Positions 13,810 through 27,026 of a stretch of DNA of 64,000 nt are shown one piece after another; positions within the stretch are counted from its first letter, which is position 1, and each line of letters begins with the position of its first letter. Below the pieces are notes generated by a model. That model was not told the DNA's origin and ran no database searches. It saw only the letters and a list, made by a program, of their open reading frames with translations. Both the position numbers and the translations under genes were made by a program. The stretch spans positions 496,001 through 560,000 of the forward strand of contig CBFFRP010000288.1 in assembly GCA_965644295.1 (NCBI GenBank), given 5' to 3'. The stretch is from Paraphysomonas bandaiensis. Its lineage: Eukaryota > Protista > Chrysophyceae.

Positions 13810-14743
13810 CTGTAGAGTAATTGCTTCGATACATTGTTCCTTCCTGCAAGGAAGAAGACGGGCATTACACACAGCACACAGCCGCCTGACGACTGGGAAT
13901 ACGTACGTTTCCTAGTAAGATAGAACTGCAGAATACGTTAAAATCGTTAATACAATATGAAAACTGTAATACGTAGTCAAATTTACTATGTAGCTAGAGC
14001 TGTGAAACTCTAGTATTATGTCGACTCGAAGTAAGGAAATTTATCATCAAATATAACATTATGTTTTACATGACAGCACACAATTGCCTGTGCAATCGAA
14101 CGACATAACTTTAACTATCTAAGGATAAAATGACCAAAAGGAAATAGGAATACTAAAGTTTTGGAAATACGCACTGAAAACGCACAAAATGTTAATCCAT
14201 AATGAGAAAACGCTTTGTAGAATTAGTTAATTTAATATAAATATGACAAAAATATGATATCGATATATAACGATGCTACTTTTAACACAAGCAAGTACAG
14301 GTATCACGAAAATAACATATCTAGCCTTATCACAATTGCTGCACAAGTTGAACATCAGCAGCAAAAAGTCAGACTTCATAATACCTTACTGCCACTGTAT
14401 GCATTCAAAACATGGTAATGTGAGAATTCCTTTACAAATGCATGTAAGAGATCTCTGCACACAGCATATTGGCACAGCATATCTCAATAAAAAACCGTTA
14501 CATATGCACCACTAGAGGGGACCAATATCGAGGCTAATCAATTGTAAAGGATCGGAGGTAATCACTGACAACCATGCAGCACAATAATAGCTGCCTACCG
14601 TAAAATAGTCACCATATGGCTTCAAAAATCTCCCATCTACGAATCAAAAACTACTTGTGCCAATATAAAATAACATCCGCCATAAAAAAGTACCGATCCT
14701 AATACGCCGCGTTTTAATCCCCGGACTTATCCCCTATGGAAAC

Positions 14744-15840
14744 CTATTCAAACACCGTGTCGATGTCGAAGGCATCCATCTCGGGGAGATTATCGAGCGA
14801 CCCTAGCTTGACCCATGACTCGCTTTCCTCACGGGCAGGGGGAAGAGGACGGGTAATTGCATCCATCCCATGAGAGAGGTTAACGGGGTTGACATCTGCT
14901 ACACTGGGGACTTGTGTTTGAGAGGGCGGGGAGATCACTCCAGGCTCCCCACGACTCGCGCTACGATTAGTCGAGCCGCTGTTGCTTCTGGAAGCCAGAG
15001 GTGCGTCCATAGATGCTAAGCGATATTCTTCATCGAATGCTGAATTCACTGACAAATTACGTAGGAGTGAAGGAGGCTGCTGCATTTCAACGTCCTTGGA
15101 GTGTTGAACAGTAGGAAGTGGTGCTCCGGAGGATGTTGACGCAACGGGATAGAACTGAACAGCTGACGTATTTACATAAGTAGCGGAGATACCGTGAGGG
15201 GGCATTGGATGACGGGGATAGATAGGGTCTGCCACAGCACCGACAGGTTCAATAGCAGGGATGCCGTTACGTTGTGGGTAATACACACCGTTTGAAGGAG
15301 CTGTCGTCCGAGGAGCAGCAGGCACGGGCTTCATACCGGAAAGATTCATGGTAAGTTTCGACATTGATACGGGGCGATTGCTGCCGTCGAAGACTTCTAC
15401 AATATTGCTCTCACTTGGGTGATATTGAGACGGCATTATAGGTTTAGTTCCACGGCCATGAGAATGATTACCACTAGACTTCCCAGGGAGTCTTTTAATT
15501 TCAACCATGAGGTCCCTTCGCCCTTTTTGAAACTTAGGATGATAGTAGGAACCGATATCATCACCCTTCGTTACTCGACGAAAGCCATACAAGTTTAACT
15601 GGCGTTGAAAGCTAGTCATTTTGGTATCTGCGAACAACGAGTTAGGACAACACAATAAATCATAGTCCTCTTACGTCGAAAATATTTAGGGATGATTTCT
15701 TCTGAAAATTTATCAGTATCCACTACGCGAAAAGAGAGTCCATTCTTATTCCAGCACACAATACTGGCAGGTTCGTTTTCCATGAGAGAGAAGAGCTTTT
15801 GGGGAAATGTTGAATTTTGAGTTGCCATATCTCCTGACAT
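14744..15840 (-). CDS. Heat-shock factor (HSF-type DNA-binding domain) transcription factor, 2 exons
   Basis: FPQKLFSLME...WNKNGLSFRV...IIPKYFR|HTKMTSFQRQLNLYGFRRV...YYHPKFQKGRRDL; 47-bp GT-AG intron at 15628-15674. Confidence 0.95.
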
Positions 15841-16301
15841 TTACAAGCATACGGTTCTTAGGAAAATAGAAAATTTAAGTCAATCTAATCGCAAAACTAT
15901 AGTGACCAAGGTGGTTTGCGTTAAGTCTGATATATTAATATTCTGTCCAAAACGTCAATTTTGTTTTAAATTTATAGAACTCCATAACACTCCTGAAGTT
16001 GAGGTGGCATGCAGTATTTAGAGCGAGGGTTCGTAAGGGAATAAGTGACGAAAGTGCATCGTGTGGGTGATATGTTCCAGATGTTCTTTTCTTCGTATCT
16101 TTAAGAGACACAATAAACTGAAAATTTGAATGAAAGCATCAGCAGCAAGATGCTTCATTCCTTGAATTTTGCTTCTTAAGCAATTAATGAACGTCGCGTC
16201 AAACACACGACTCTGTGGTGAATCAATCTGTGTAGGGCTACCTCTTTAGGGCTTATTCACTCGAGGACTGTGAAACGATAGTCAAATTGTGCTATCACTT
16301 C

Positions 16302-16643
16302 ATGTCTTTTTGTTCACTCCCAGGATGCAATCAGCCTGCTGATAAACGTTGTAGTAAGTGTAAGAAAACATATTATTGCTCACGTTCACATCAAACCGAT
16401 CACTGGTCAACTCATAAAAGTGATTGTAAGACGTTTGCAAAGACACTGAAGGACAACGATGATGCTAATAAGTCAAATATATCGCAAACTGGAGAAATGA
16501 GATCGTGCAGGTGTATGTTCTGTGGTGAAGCTTTGACTCTATCAAGCGAAGAAGCCGCTGTAGAACACATGAAAGTATGTCCTGCATTACAGGAACAGCT
16601 CAACGATGATAAGCAGTTCACTCTTCCGGAATCCATGAGATAG
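16302..16643 (+). CDS. Small MYND zinc-finger protein with a second CxxC...HxxxC motif
   Basis: CSLPGC...KRCSKCKKTYYCSRSHQTDHWSTHKSDC fits MYND; C-terminal CMFCG...EHMKVC. Confidence 0.85.
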   Translation: MSFCSLPGCNQPADKRCSKCKKTYYCSRSHQTDHWSTHKSDCKTFAKTLKDNDDANKSNISQTGEMRSCRCMFCGEALTLSSEEAAVEHMKVCPALQEQLNDDKQFTLPESMR

Positions 16644-16825
16644 GGCAGTCGCATATGTAGTGTCATAAACAAAGTATAGTCATAAGCATCCACTGTGTGT
16701 ACCGAAAATATATGTGTTTATGCGATTATTGGGGTATTGAATTTATATACGTACTTATATATATCTTAACGATTCATGGGCAATTAATATAAACTGTACG
16801 TATCATGTATGAAAAATCAATTAGA

Positions 16826-17460
16826 CTAGATCAACTCTAAACAATAACTCTCAGAATTTAAATAACAGCTACAACTAAGATACCACTACCACAGAAGGGT
16901 GCTGAGAGAATAGCAACTTCGAGGTGTTGAAATTCGGACATAAATATAATGATGAAAGTCACGAGGCTTCTAGCTGTCATTGGCATCACATTTATATACA
17001 ACACGCTTAACCTCTGCTAGTGCAACTAATTTACACATACACAGTCCTGATAAACACGACTCAAACCTCGAAACAACTGCGTGCCACTGCTCCTAATCAC
17101 CATCAGAATCAGATGTGATATTTGAACTGTCCATCAATATTCATGAAGCATCACTTGCACTGGCGTAATTCTGATGTTTTACGTCACACAAAGGAAGTTA
17201 TATAACTTGAAGTGTTCGATGACCTGCCTTTATAAGTTGATTTAATATAGTGGTTTTCCTAAAATTGTGTCTTATTGTAAAGTCACTTTCAACTTTTAAA
17301 AGACTTTCCATATTCAATATCATTACTAAGATAGAAAATATATTCTGTTCCAACCGAATATTAAAGTTGAATTTTCATGTTTTGCCAGCGCTAATATGAG
17401 CTTCTGTTGAACTCAACTTCAATTCAGGTCTGAGGAACACTTTTTTCAGACAAATGGGAG
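16826..17460. repeat. Copy of the 6231-6830 dispersed repeat family
   Basis: Collinear similarity with 6231-6830 over about 600 bp. Confidence 0.7.
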
Positions 17461-17698
17461 TAATAAAATATACCGTACACTGTATATTGCAGGCAAGCGA
17501 CAAACTAAGAACCGCTTGTCAAAATAACGCCCAGAGCTTAAACTCCTTGTTTAAAGCATTCATAAAATAAAATTGAAGTATTATTAATTAGCATAGAGCT
17601 ACATTATATTCTCTTTAATACAATAAACACCGCCACCAACATCCCGTTTGCTTTTGCGTACTCTAACTGAACTAAAACTCATGAACACCATCTTCACT

Positions 17699-18450
17699 TC
17701 AATCATCCCATAGTTCAAGTAGAATACTACAAGCAATAGTTAATCCTAATAACCTCAGTTTAAAATGTTGAAGTAAATATATAACAAAATGAACCTTTGA
17801 CTTCAGCAGCTTCACAATATCATCTTCGATAGAAAGGGGGTGGACTCGAGGGCCATATCTTTTTACAGGTACGCCATTCTTGTCACACAAAAACTTCGTA
17901 AAGTTCCATTTTATTTCATCTCCCCCAATACCAAAGTTTCCTGGATCAGGTAATTTATCACATAAAAATGGGAAAATTGGATGGGCCGATTCGTTTAAAG
18001 AACAGTCCACCTTCGACATAATAGGAAAGGTAACACCTCTCTGGCGAACGAAGCCGAGAATTTCTTCATCGCTTCCTCTTTCCTGTTTAAATGTATTACA
18101 CGGAAATGCCAATATTTGGAGACCTTGTTCAGCGTACTTATCGTACAGCTGTTGCATTTCCTTGTAATTATTTTTCGTTAAACCTTTGAATGCATATGAT
18201 AAACATGATTATTACCGTCGAATACTCATGGAAACTTACCTCATTGGCTAGCTACATTAACAACTAATATAGCAGCCTTGCCTTGAAGGTGTACCTTTGC
18301 ATCCTTGCCGTCTATACACTTCACTTCAAACTGAAATATGGAGTCTTCAAGGTGATGACTACAGAGAGATATCCCCATCCTCTGTGTATGCGCAGCAGAC
18401 ATAGCGAACAATGCTGTTCCCGTAGCTACTCTCATTAGTCGCAACGACAT
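17699..18450 (-). CDS. GPX: Glutathione peroxidase (PHGPx/GPx4-like) with in-frame UGA at the catalytic site (selenocysteine)
   Basis: Exon 1 ends VVNVASQ-TGA-G|gtaag; after a 56-bp intron (18184-18239) the frame continues GLTKNNYKEMQQLYDKY...LAFPCNTF.QE...IKWNFTKFL. TGA at 18241-18243 occupies the NVAS-x-[C/U]-G position. The exact C-terminus is uncertain (possible last intron). Confidence 0.9.
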
Positions 18451-19622
18451 CGCCAAACTCTTCGACAAGTGTAGAATATCGTAGATATAGTGGATACGTT
18501 AATTAGATATATGAGGAACACACCCCACAAGAACAACACAATTATCACGACGAATTCGTAGAGATCTTTTGTTTTTTTGGTCGTAGTGGGCACTGTATTT
18601 GTGAATACCATGGAATACCGAGCGATAGTACATGGATCGATCTAAATCGTCTGCAGACCTCGCTCGTAGTATAGACATATGAGTGAAATCATGACATGAT
18701 ATAGCCTTAGGGCAGTGGGGCAGTATATGACCTGCCTAATTGTTCGCTTTGAGTAGAATAGAAATATTCTGGTGGTCAGTCTGCTGCTATGGTGGCAACA
18801 CGTCTTCGTAGGAACGTCTGCAGTGTAGTCGAGACCAACACTCGTAGTGACACTACAGTGTTCGTATCCTCTCAGTTTATCTTCTGCACATAAATATAAT
18901 TCAGTACTTGTTTATTTTATTTAATATGAGTGGAAAAATTGATGCATCAATGTCGCCTTCACTTCGTTGTTCTCCAGAGTCTGCATGGAATGAGCACAAG
19001 GCAAAGAACAACTTTAATCAGGGCAACACGCTGATATGTGGCATTGGTGCGGAACGACCAGCTTGTCGTAGAAGGGAAACAACACCTCAACAGCTTATAG
19101 AATCGAGTGATGCTACGATCGGTATAGTTGGACGGTCGAAACAATTGGAGGTTCGTACATTGGCTAATCATGTACAATGCACGCACAATGAGAAATCAAC
19201 ATTGAAAAACTACAGAGCTAGGTCTCCTTTTCGACCACGAGATGTAAACCTATCCTACTCAAAGCTTTGGTACAGCTCATCCTGCTTACAAGTTCCCTCG
19301 AAATCTGAGGGCAATTTGACTACCACGAAAGTTCATGAAAGATCGCTGCGACTGATTAATAGAAACCAGAGCCTTTCGTCTTAGCAGTGCTACCATATAT
19401 ATTTTGTATGCTTTTATTCCCCGTGAAGTATTAGGATGTATAACACGTTCAGATATCTTGAACTTCATAAATACTTGCAACTTAAATTGTATTTACCTTT
19501 TAATTCAGAACTAGACTTTTTTGTTTTGATAATTCTAATATTTCGAGCAGCAGAAACGTTTCTTTCATTCTGCGATCATTTTGAAGTATGCCAAGTAATT
19601 GTTATATATTTAACAATCTGTC

Positions 19623-21252
19623 TAGTTATATTTTTAACCTCGGGCAATAAGGGGGCTATATCGTCCCGCGCTCAAGATTTTGAAACGAGGGCGAAAAACC
19701 CGAGTTTTAAAATTTAGACAAGGGACGATACTCCTTATCCCTAGGTTAAATTGTAGCTTCTCCTCATGATGTTGAAAACTTAATATTGGATTGTATAGGT
19801 ATTAGTAGCTTGCTATTGTAAGAAGAAATAGATGTTTCCTGATTAACATTAAGAAAACAAAAGAGAAGTTATATTGTTTCAAACAGGGATAGGGAACAAA
19901 TATATTGTATTGCAATACATTGTACAATATATTGCAATATATTGTAAAATATATTGATTGGTGGACTGGTCAAATATTCCATCAATAGTGTTTCTGTTAA
20001 AAGAGCTCACAATACTATTGCAATATATTGCAATCAATATTATGATAGTCAACCGAAAGCGCCAAAAGCACGCATCAAACTTCCAACACGATATCGTTGC
20101 ATGAAGTATTAGTATAGCAATACCAATGTTTGTGAGAGGAGGTTGTTTAGTAAAGCTAAGATTGTTATGACTAGATTTTCGCATGCGAATGACACCTAGA
20201 CACCTTGAAATGTTGAATTTTCTGGGTGAAAATGTTAGTGTTTCTTTGGGATGAGATTATAGTTCAGAAAGTTGCTCTAAAATCTATCAATAAAATTAAA
20301 GGTAATTAATTGGATGCTTGATTAATAATCGCAATTATTATTGTTGGACACCTGTCACCTATTAATTGCCAATTAATTGTTACGCAAGCCTGATAACAAC
20401 TGCGAGGTGTTCTGACCCAAACCCTGAAACAACTGAATGCCGCGCCCTTATCTTTACACTTAAACTGTCCTGAAATATTCTTGAAGTTACTTCGAAGTCC
20501 TGGTTACGAAGGTACATCGTTTGCACTGACATCATTATGATCTTCTACAGCAGTCGAAGGATGGAATACAACTTGGAGTGTTTGATGATGAGCTTTGAAT
20601 AGTTGGCACATCACTGTGGATTCTCTACAAACATGAAATAATATAATGAAATCACATATAAATCACTGTTTTGAGATAGAAGTGAGCTTCTGTTGAAAAC
20701 GATGTACCTTCGTAACCAGGACTTCGAAATAACTTCAAGAATATTTCAGGACATTTTAAGTGTCATATCTGGTGTCTGTACAGGTGGTTAAGGGCGTGGC
20801 ATTCAGCTGTTTCAGGGATTTGCGACACTACTACTACCAATGTTCACATTCATCATCACACTTATGTACTGTGATGTGGTGAGAGTACATTTTTTGTCGC
20901 TATTGTATAAAGAAATTTGGGGGTTTATTGTTTGAGTAAATCTATAGTGCAATTGTTATTCCCAAAGCACACACAGTATACATACCATTGATTTGAAACA
21001 ATATAACTTCTCTATTGTTTTCTTAATGTTAATCAGGAAACATCTATTTCTTCTTACAATAGCAAGCTACTAATACCTATACAATCCAATATTAAGTTTT
21101 CAACATCATGAGGAGAAGCTACAATTTAACCTAGGGATAAGGAGTATCGTCCCTTGTCTAAATTTTAAAACTCGGGTTTTTCGCCCTCGTTTCAAAATCT
21201 TGAGCGCGGGACGATATAGTCCCCTTATTGCCCGTGGTTAAAAATATAACTA
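19623..21252. mobile_element. Non-autonomous foldback/TIR element with about 260-bp terminal inverted repeats and a nested internal inverted repeat
   Basis: 19623-19883 is the near-perfect reverse complement of 20992-21252. 20422-20522 is inverted at 20697-20817. Possible TA target site. A TIR-end fragment recurs at 37728-37788. Confidence 0.8.
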
Positions 21253-21767
21253 TGATAAATGTTGAATGACACATCGGAAACAATATAACCTCTATATAAT
21301 GCTACATTTTCATACAACGTTCACTAATACACCTATACACATACTCTCTTAACTCTTAAGTATTCTACACAGCTCTCATCTTATAAAAAGGATTTTAGTT
21401 TCACTGTGTTTAAGTATTATAAGAACCCAAGTCGTAGTATAGGTAACTATAATTGTATTGCGTTTATGTTTATATTTTATACTATATATAATAATGAAGA
21501 TATGTTGGTGATGACTATATTTTTAATTTATTAATCTTTTTAAACTTCATTTTTGTATTGCATATTAGAGAAATTCCAGAATTATAGCTTTCCTTTTAGA
21601 CTTTTAGATGGGGTCAATAATTGTACTCCGTATTGTAGGTCTGATTGTGTGAAATATCATCACCACAAAATGAATACCGGAGCCCATATGCATTCATAAG
21701 TATTGAAAATGTAAATCATACTCAACATTCATACTGACGTAGGTTAGTGCCACCACATTTTTCCAGC

Positions 21768-23404
21768 TTAGAATGTAATGGTTCCAAAAATCCCGTCGGG
21801 ATCGTAATATTCTTTGACTGAACGAATACGTTCTGTGTTATCCCCATACACCCGTGACACTTTGGCCTGTTGCCCCAACTCAAGTGTGTCCTTCAGTAGT
21901 TCATCGATATTAGCATGCTTGTCAAGTTGCACGGTCTCATGGGCGGCGGAATATTCTATCAAAGTTTTCCATAATTCTCTTACCCATGCAACAGATATAT
22001 CTCTTCCTTTGGCCCCTGTCACCTCAGGCTGCCATTGGCAAATAATGATAATCCAGTAGTTGGGTCGGGTTGGAAGGGCACACTGAGCAGTCACATCTGG
22101 ATCCTGTGATTTTCCACCACCCATCATATCGAGCAATACAACTGGCTGCACACCCGTGGGCACCTTGCGATCGACTGCAGTCACAATTGCCGTCCCCATT
22201 TCTGGAGTTATTTTGGAAGTCATGACACCGCGATAGTAGTATGCTCCTGGCCCGACATCTATGCAGCATAATGAAAGACACTTTACACGTTCGAAATACT
22301 TAGACTGTATAAGACCTACCTTCTCCCTTGGGACCATTGGTCCAGCGCTGCAAGGTTGTCCAGTAGTCATGCACCCCATGAGTATCCGCTACCGCGACCC
22401 CAATCTGCTTTCGCTGATCATATTGCTTGAAATATGCCTCGCCTTCGCCCGGGTTTGCACCGAACCAGAACTCTACCACTATGCACGGGTTTGACTTTGC
22501 ACCTCCAAGGAATACTGTACTACAAGAATATTCCGAAGGGCTCGTAATGTTAAACATATTCGAGAGAACGTAGCTCATTACTTTTTGACGAGTTGGCATA
22601 CCCAGAATACCAGTGGGAATGTAGACACGCTGCCCTGCAGCAAATTGGCCGTTGTTAGGAGCTTCGACCACACTAAAAGTCATCTCAGATACAATTCCAT
22701 AATGTGGTCCACCACCCTTAATGGCCCAGAATAGATCAGGGTTTTCATTTGCAGAGCAAAAGAGGATTTCTCCGCCGTTTCGAGCGACCACCACAACAGC
22801 ACTGACCATATAGTCCACCCCCAACCCATAAGCTCGCTCGCAAAATCCATGAGCGCCTGTTATAAGCATTTGACCTGCGCAGCCGGTGGAAGGAACGCGG
22901 CCTAGAGGAATAATAAAATTAAAACTTGCACAAGCCGAATCGACTTTTCCTATTGTGGCACCACCCCCTATAGTACAAGTGATATGAGACAAGACGAAGA
23001 CCGTTTTTCGCATTCTCACCAACTCGAACCTGCTTTGTCACAGTATCAGCTTCAACAAAATCCATATGTGTTGAGAGGTCTACGCAAAGTGACTCTTGGA
23101 CAATACTTTCGTGTGTGTGGCGTCCACATGCCGCTACAATCCGAACCCCAGTGGCAATAGAAAATTTAACCACCGCTAATATTTCTTCAGCTGACTTAAC
23201 AGAGGCTATGGCGGACGGCCTTCCGAAACTGATAGGATCTAACATCCATGTCCCAGTCCTTCTGGCAGTGTCATACTCATTGCTCTGGGGGAAATAGAGA
23301 CACGACACAGATTCTCGTAACACATCAAGATCCTTTTGTGTTCCAGGTAATCTCGGAGGCTCCGGCAGCTCTGGAACTTCTGATTTTCCGTTTGAACAAC
23401 CCAT
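21768..23404 (-). CDS. FAD-linked oxidoreductase, berberine-bridge-enzyme/6-hydroxy-D-nicotine-oxidase-like, 3 exons
   Basis: RPSAIA...ACGRHTH (flavin-attachment His region), VGGGAT, NENPDLFWAIKGGGPHYGIV and C-terminal YGDNTERIRSVKEYYDPDGIF (BBE motif). Introns at 22968-23019 and about 22260-22320. Confidence 0.9.
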
Positions 23405-23599
23405 TCACTTATCTCATCAAGTATCTTTCCTGGTAGACTACTTCTTGGTAAGTGCAGCAAATGGTATCTTGATACAAGTCGAACTTCTGTTGAAGTTGAC
23501 CTGTGTGCAAAACACATGTGAAAAGTCGAAATTCTTGCCAAAGTAACTCCATAAAATTAAATAATTAGGTTTTTTAAACTTGATATTTACACAAAAAAT

Positions 23600-24800
23600 G
23601 GTTTGTAACATAAAAAATGGTTGTGGACGAGGAAAAAAAGACGATCAGCTCCAATGATGATATTCGCTCTGCTGGAACTATCATACAACTCTCAGTGTAT
23701 CTTTCGTATCGGCTTCCTTGTATATTTTTGTTCCAATATGCCTCTAATATTGAGACAACAATTATCTGTATACTAGCCGTATTTGTATTGCAGAAATGTA
23801 GAGTATATTTGCTTCAACTATTTTCCGAAAAATATGATGCTCACTGCCGATACGTTGGAAAGAATGATGTGCCAGTTCATATTTCCGCTAAGAAAAAGGG
23901 TCTTTTGACAGACAGTGATGTGTTGAAGCTGCAGAAAACAGTTATTGACTTGTCGCTGTACATTGACAGTCCTGATCGTTATCAACATCCGCAAAAAGAA
24001 ATAATCGTACGACACACATATGGGCCTAATACTCAAGAGGATATAGTATATACAATCCGAAAATGTCAAGGGAACATGTCGTCGTACTCTGTATAGGCAA
24101 TTTTGATCATTATACTTCAAGTATAGTGAATTAGCTGTCCTTCCAGGAGATGAATGAGCCCTCATGGAGGAAGTTTTGAAAATATATCTCCACTCTGACT
24201 ATCTGGAAATGTATGTGCAATATTAAGCCATTACTGAGCAAAGCGTTCAATGGAAAGGCCATTCAACATGCCATTGATAGCAACTGGGAGTTGTGATTGT
24301 GTTACCATTTTTAGTCACTTCCCACACTTCACAGAATTGTGTCAAGATCAAGTGAACATTCTTCTAAGTACTTTACCTCTATTCTCTGAAGTGTTTGAGG
24401 AGTATTGTTATATTGCAGAGTGTATATTTGAAGAAGTTCTAAACGATTCTGGAAACATGATTGATTATCGCCCTCATCGTTCTGGGAAAGCCTCTACACA
24501 AAATGGTGGTCAAAGGTATTTAATACTAGGTGCTACTGGCCTTTATGGGCACCAATGAATGGTGAAAGATGGTATGCCAAGTTTATTAATGCCTAATGGA
24601 GGACAGAAGGTGTACGACTACTATACACAGAAATATAAGAGCAATACAAGATCTAGACAATGTTCTATGTTATCGTGCCAAATAATGGATTCAGGAACTC
24701 CCAATAACTGGAGGGTCAGCCAAATTGTTCGCAATAAGTTGGAGTATACACAAGAATTGAATATTGATATGGAGTGACTTGCTGTCGGTAGATATGCCTT
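23600..24800 (+). pseudogene. Degenerate coding-like dispersed repeat (probable TE relic), homologous to 2870-3630
   Basis: Nucleotide homology to 3155-3305; a series of broken same-strand ORFs. Confidence 0.45.
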
Positions 24801-26002
24801 GAATGATGTGTAATTGACGCATAATGCGTAAAAGCTATCGAACGTTGTTTGTATTTGTATCTCGTGATTTAAGTTTAGCTTATCGATTGGTGTGATATAT
24901 ACGTTTCAACTTTATTAGCTTGCTACAGGCGTAATTTTGCTCACATGCAACATTAAGTTTTTTGTAATAGTAGATTGTGTTTAATGCGCCAATCTATTGT
25001 GTTTTTCATCATGTCGCATTGTCGAATTAATTAATATATATTTATCATCATTGTTTCATATATAAAAGAATAGTTAGCGCAAGAAAGTTGTTTCTGTACC
25101 ACTAACGACCAACAAAACGGTCAGGATAACAAGGATTCGCTATATTTGGATGGTGAGATTACACATTAATCAATTATTAAAACTATTATCAACCTGTCTC
25201 ATCGTCATTAATTGGTATTACTGCAATTATATTCTATCAAGTACCAATCAATATTATCAGTTCTTAGATAAACACGATATTATACAGTCAATATATTCAG
25301 TTTCACTACTATTATTCCTATCATTTCAATAGTTTATTTAACACTTATAATCATTACTGTATGCTTTGAATTGTTCACATGCAACAAACAATAATATCTG
25401 TAATCTGTATAGATAATAATTGATAAAAACTGAGATTATCAGAGGTAGTAATCATTATTTAGAAAATGAAATATAAAGCACACTGTCTACGGATTAATAA
25501 ATGGGTTAAACGTTCTACAAGTTTCTATCAAGATGTTATCAGCTATTTTTAATGATCACACGTATTTCATTGAAGCATTTTTACATCGATCTTATAATTA
25601 AAACGGCGCCACATGCAGTCATTGGAGTTGAATTCACGGCGTAGTAGGAATGAGTGCGGGGCCATGAGTATATGTAGAACTCGTCCTAAGAATGCTATAA
25701 TATCACAGTGTCAGATTCCTTAAACTTGAAAGCATGTAATATCATTTGCAACAAGGAAGACTTAACTTAGGACAGAACATGAGTACATTGTACATTATAT
25801 ATTATATTTTGTAGTATGAAGCAAACTGAAGTATAAGTTGGTGACTATACATGATACGACTACTGAGTGTGTGGTTCGTACATTATAGAAGTAAATGATT
25901 GGTGTTGAACACACCGAATATAACTTTGGCTCTTTTTCATGCATATAATATTATAATTTCAATCGTATAAATAGAGAACAGAAAAACTTAGCGAATAATG
26001 TC

Positions 26003-26354
26003 TGTTAGCTTTGGACATTTCACTGAAGTTAACTTTGCTCTACACGTAAACCGTAACCTTGCTGTTGAACACAATGCACTTTCAAGTAAGAAATTATGAT
26101 TATTATTCTGAACACTTCACTACATATTCGTGTAACATATGTTGAAACATCTGTTCTTATAGCAACATCTGTTTATCATATGTTCATCAGTCAGTTCTAT
26201 ATCTTGTATAGTCACACATCAGTAACTGAATTTAATTCCTTTGTAACTACTATAATCACCCGTTACACCTATGAGTTGACTTTACCTATAATTGCACACT
26301 GTTAACTCACTTCAATTGCACAATATATATCACATCATATTGCAGAACTCAACA
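26003..26354 (-). repeat. 3' LTR
   Basis: Identical to 29741-30092 except 3 nt near one end; preceded on the minus strand by the PPT GAGTGGGAG (26355-26363). Confidence 0.95.
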
Positions 26355-26498
26355 CTCCCACTCAATAGGATGTAGTTAACCATTCTAAAATTTGTGAAGA
26401 ACATTGCTATCGGATACGCAACCACCGAACCTCATAGGACACTGGTGGACGTATGACTCCGCTGGTATAGCTAGCTCCCACCATTCATTCACCTCTAT

Positions 26499-27026
26499 CT
26501 AGTTACGACGAACTCTCTTTACCTTGGGTACCTCTGCGATAATTTGTGCAGTAGTCTTAAATTTTTCCCCAAGATTTCGCTCCCTCTGTTCAATGAATAT
26601 TGGACCACTCAAAGCCTTGGTATATATATCAGCCATCTGTTGTCGACTGCTCACATGAATTAATTTCGCTGTATTAAACTGTTCGGGATCCACATGCTCT
26701 CTAATCATATGATACTTAATCTCAATATGTTTCGATCGTTGATGTCGCACTGGATTTTCCGATATATCCTGAGCACTTTGACTATCCAGGAATAATGGTG
26801 TGGGCTCGTCAATTTTCAATCCTACTTCACCAGTCACCCCCCGAGACCATATCATTTCCTGTAATCCATTATATAAGCATTGATACTCTGCTTGCATAGT
26901 CGATGTAGCTACAGTAGACTGAAGTTTGGAACCCCACGATAGTGGTCCACCAGCTCCAAACATAACATAACCTGAAGTTGATCTCCTCATCAACGGGTCG
27001 CCTGCCCAGTCAGCATCAGTGAACAT
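26499..27026 (-). pseudogene. Copia RNase H domain (open remnant of pol)
   Basis: FTDADWAGD..RRSTSGY..SWGSKLQSTVATSTMQAEY..LDSQSA..HQRSKHIEIKYH..QMADIYTKAL. Confidence 0.9.

Noticed and set aside
17518-17563. Candidate SECIS element
   Set aside because: The spacing fits but helix II pairing next to the quartet is poor, so it is not reported as a feature.
18908-19384. 158-aa ORF
   Set aside because: No recognisable motif or splice support; it may be a TE relic next to the foldback element.
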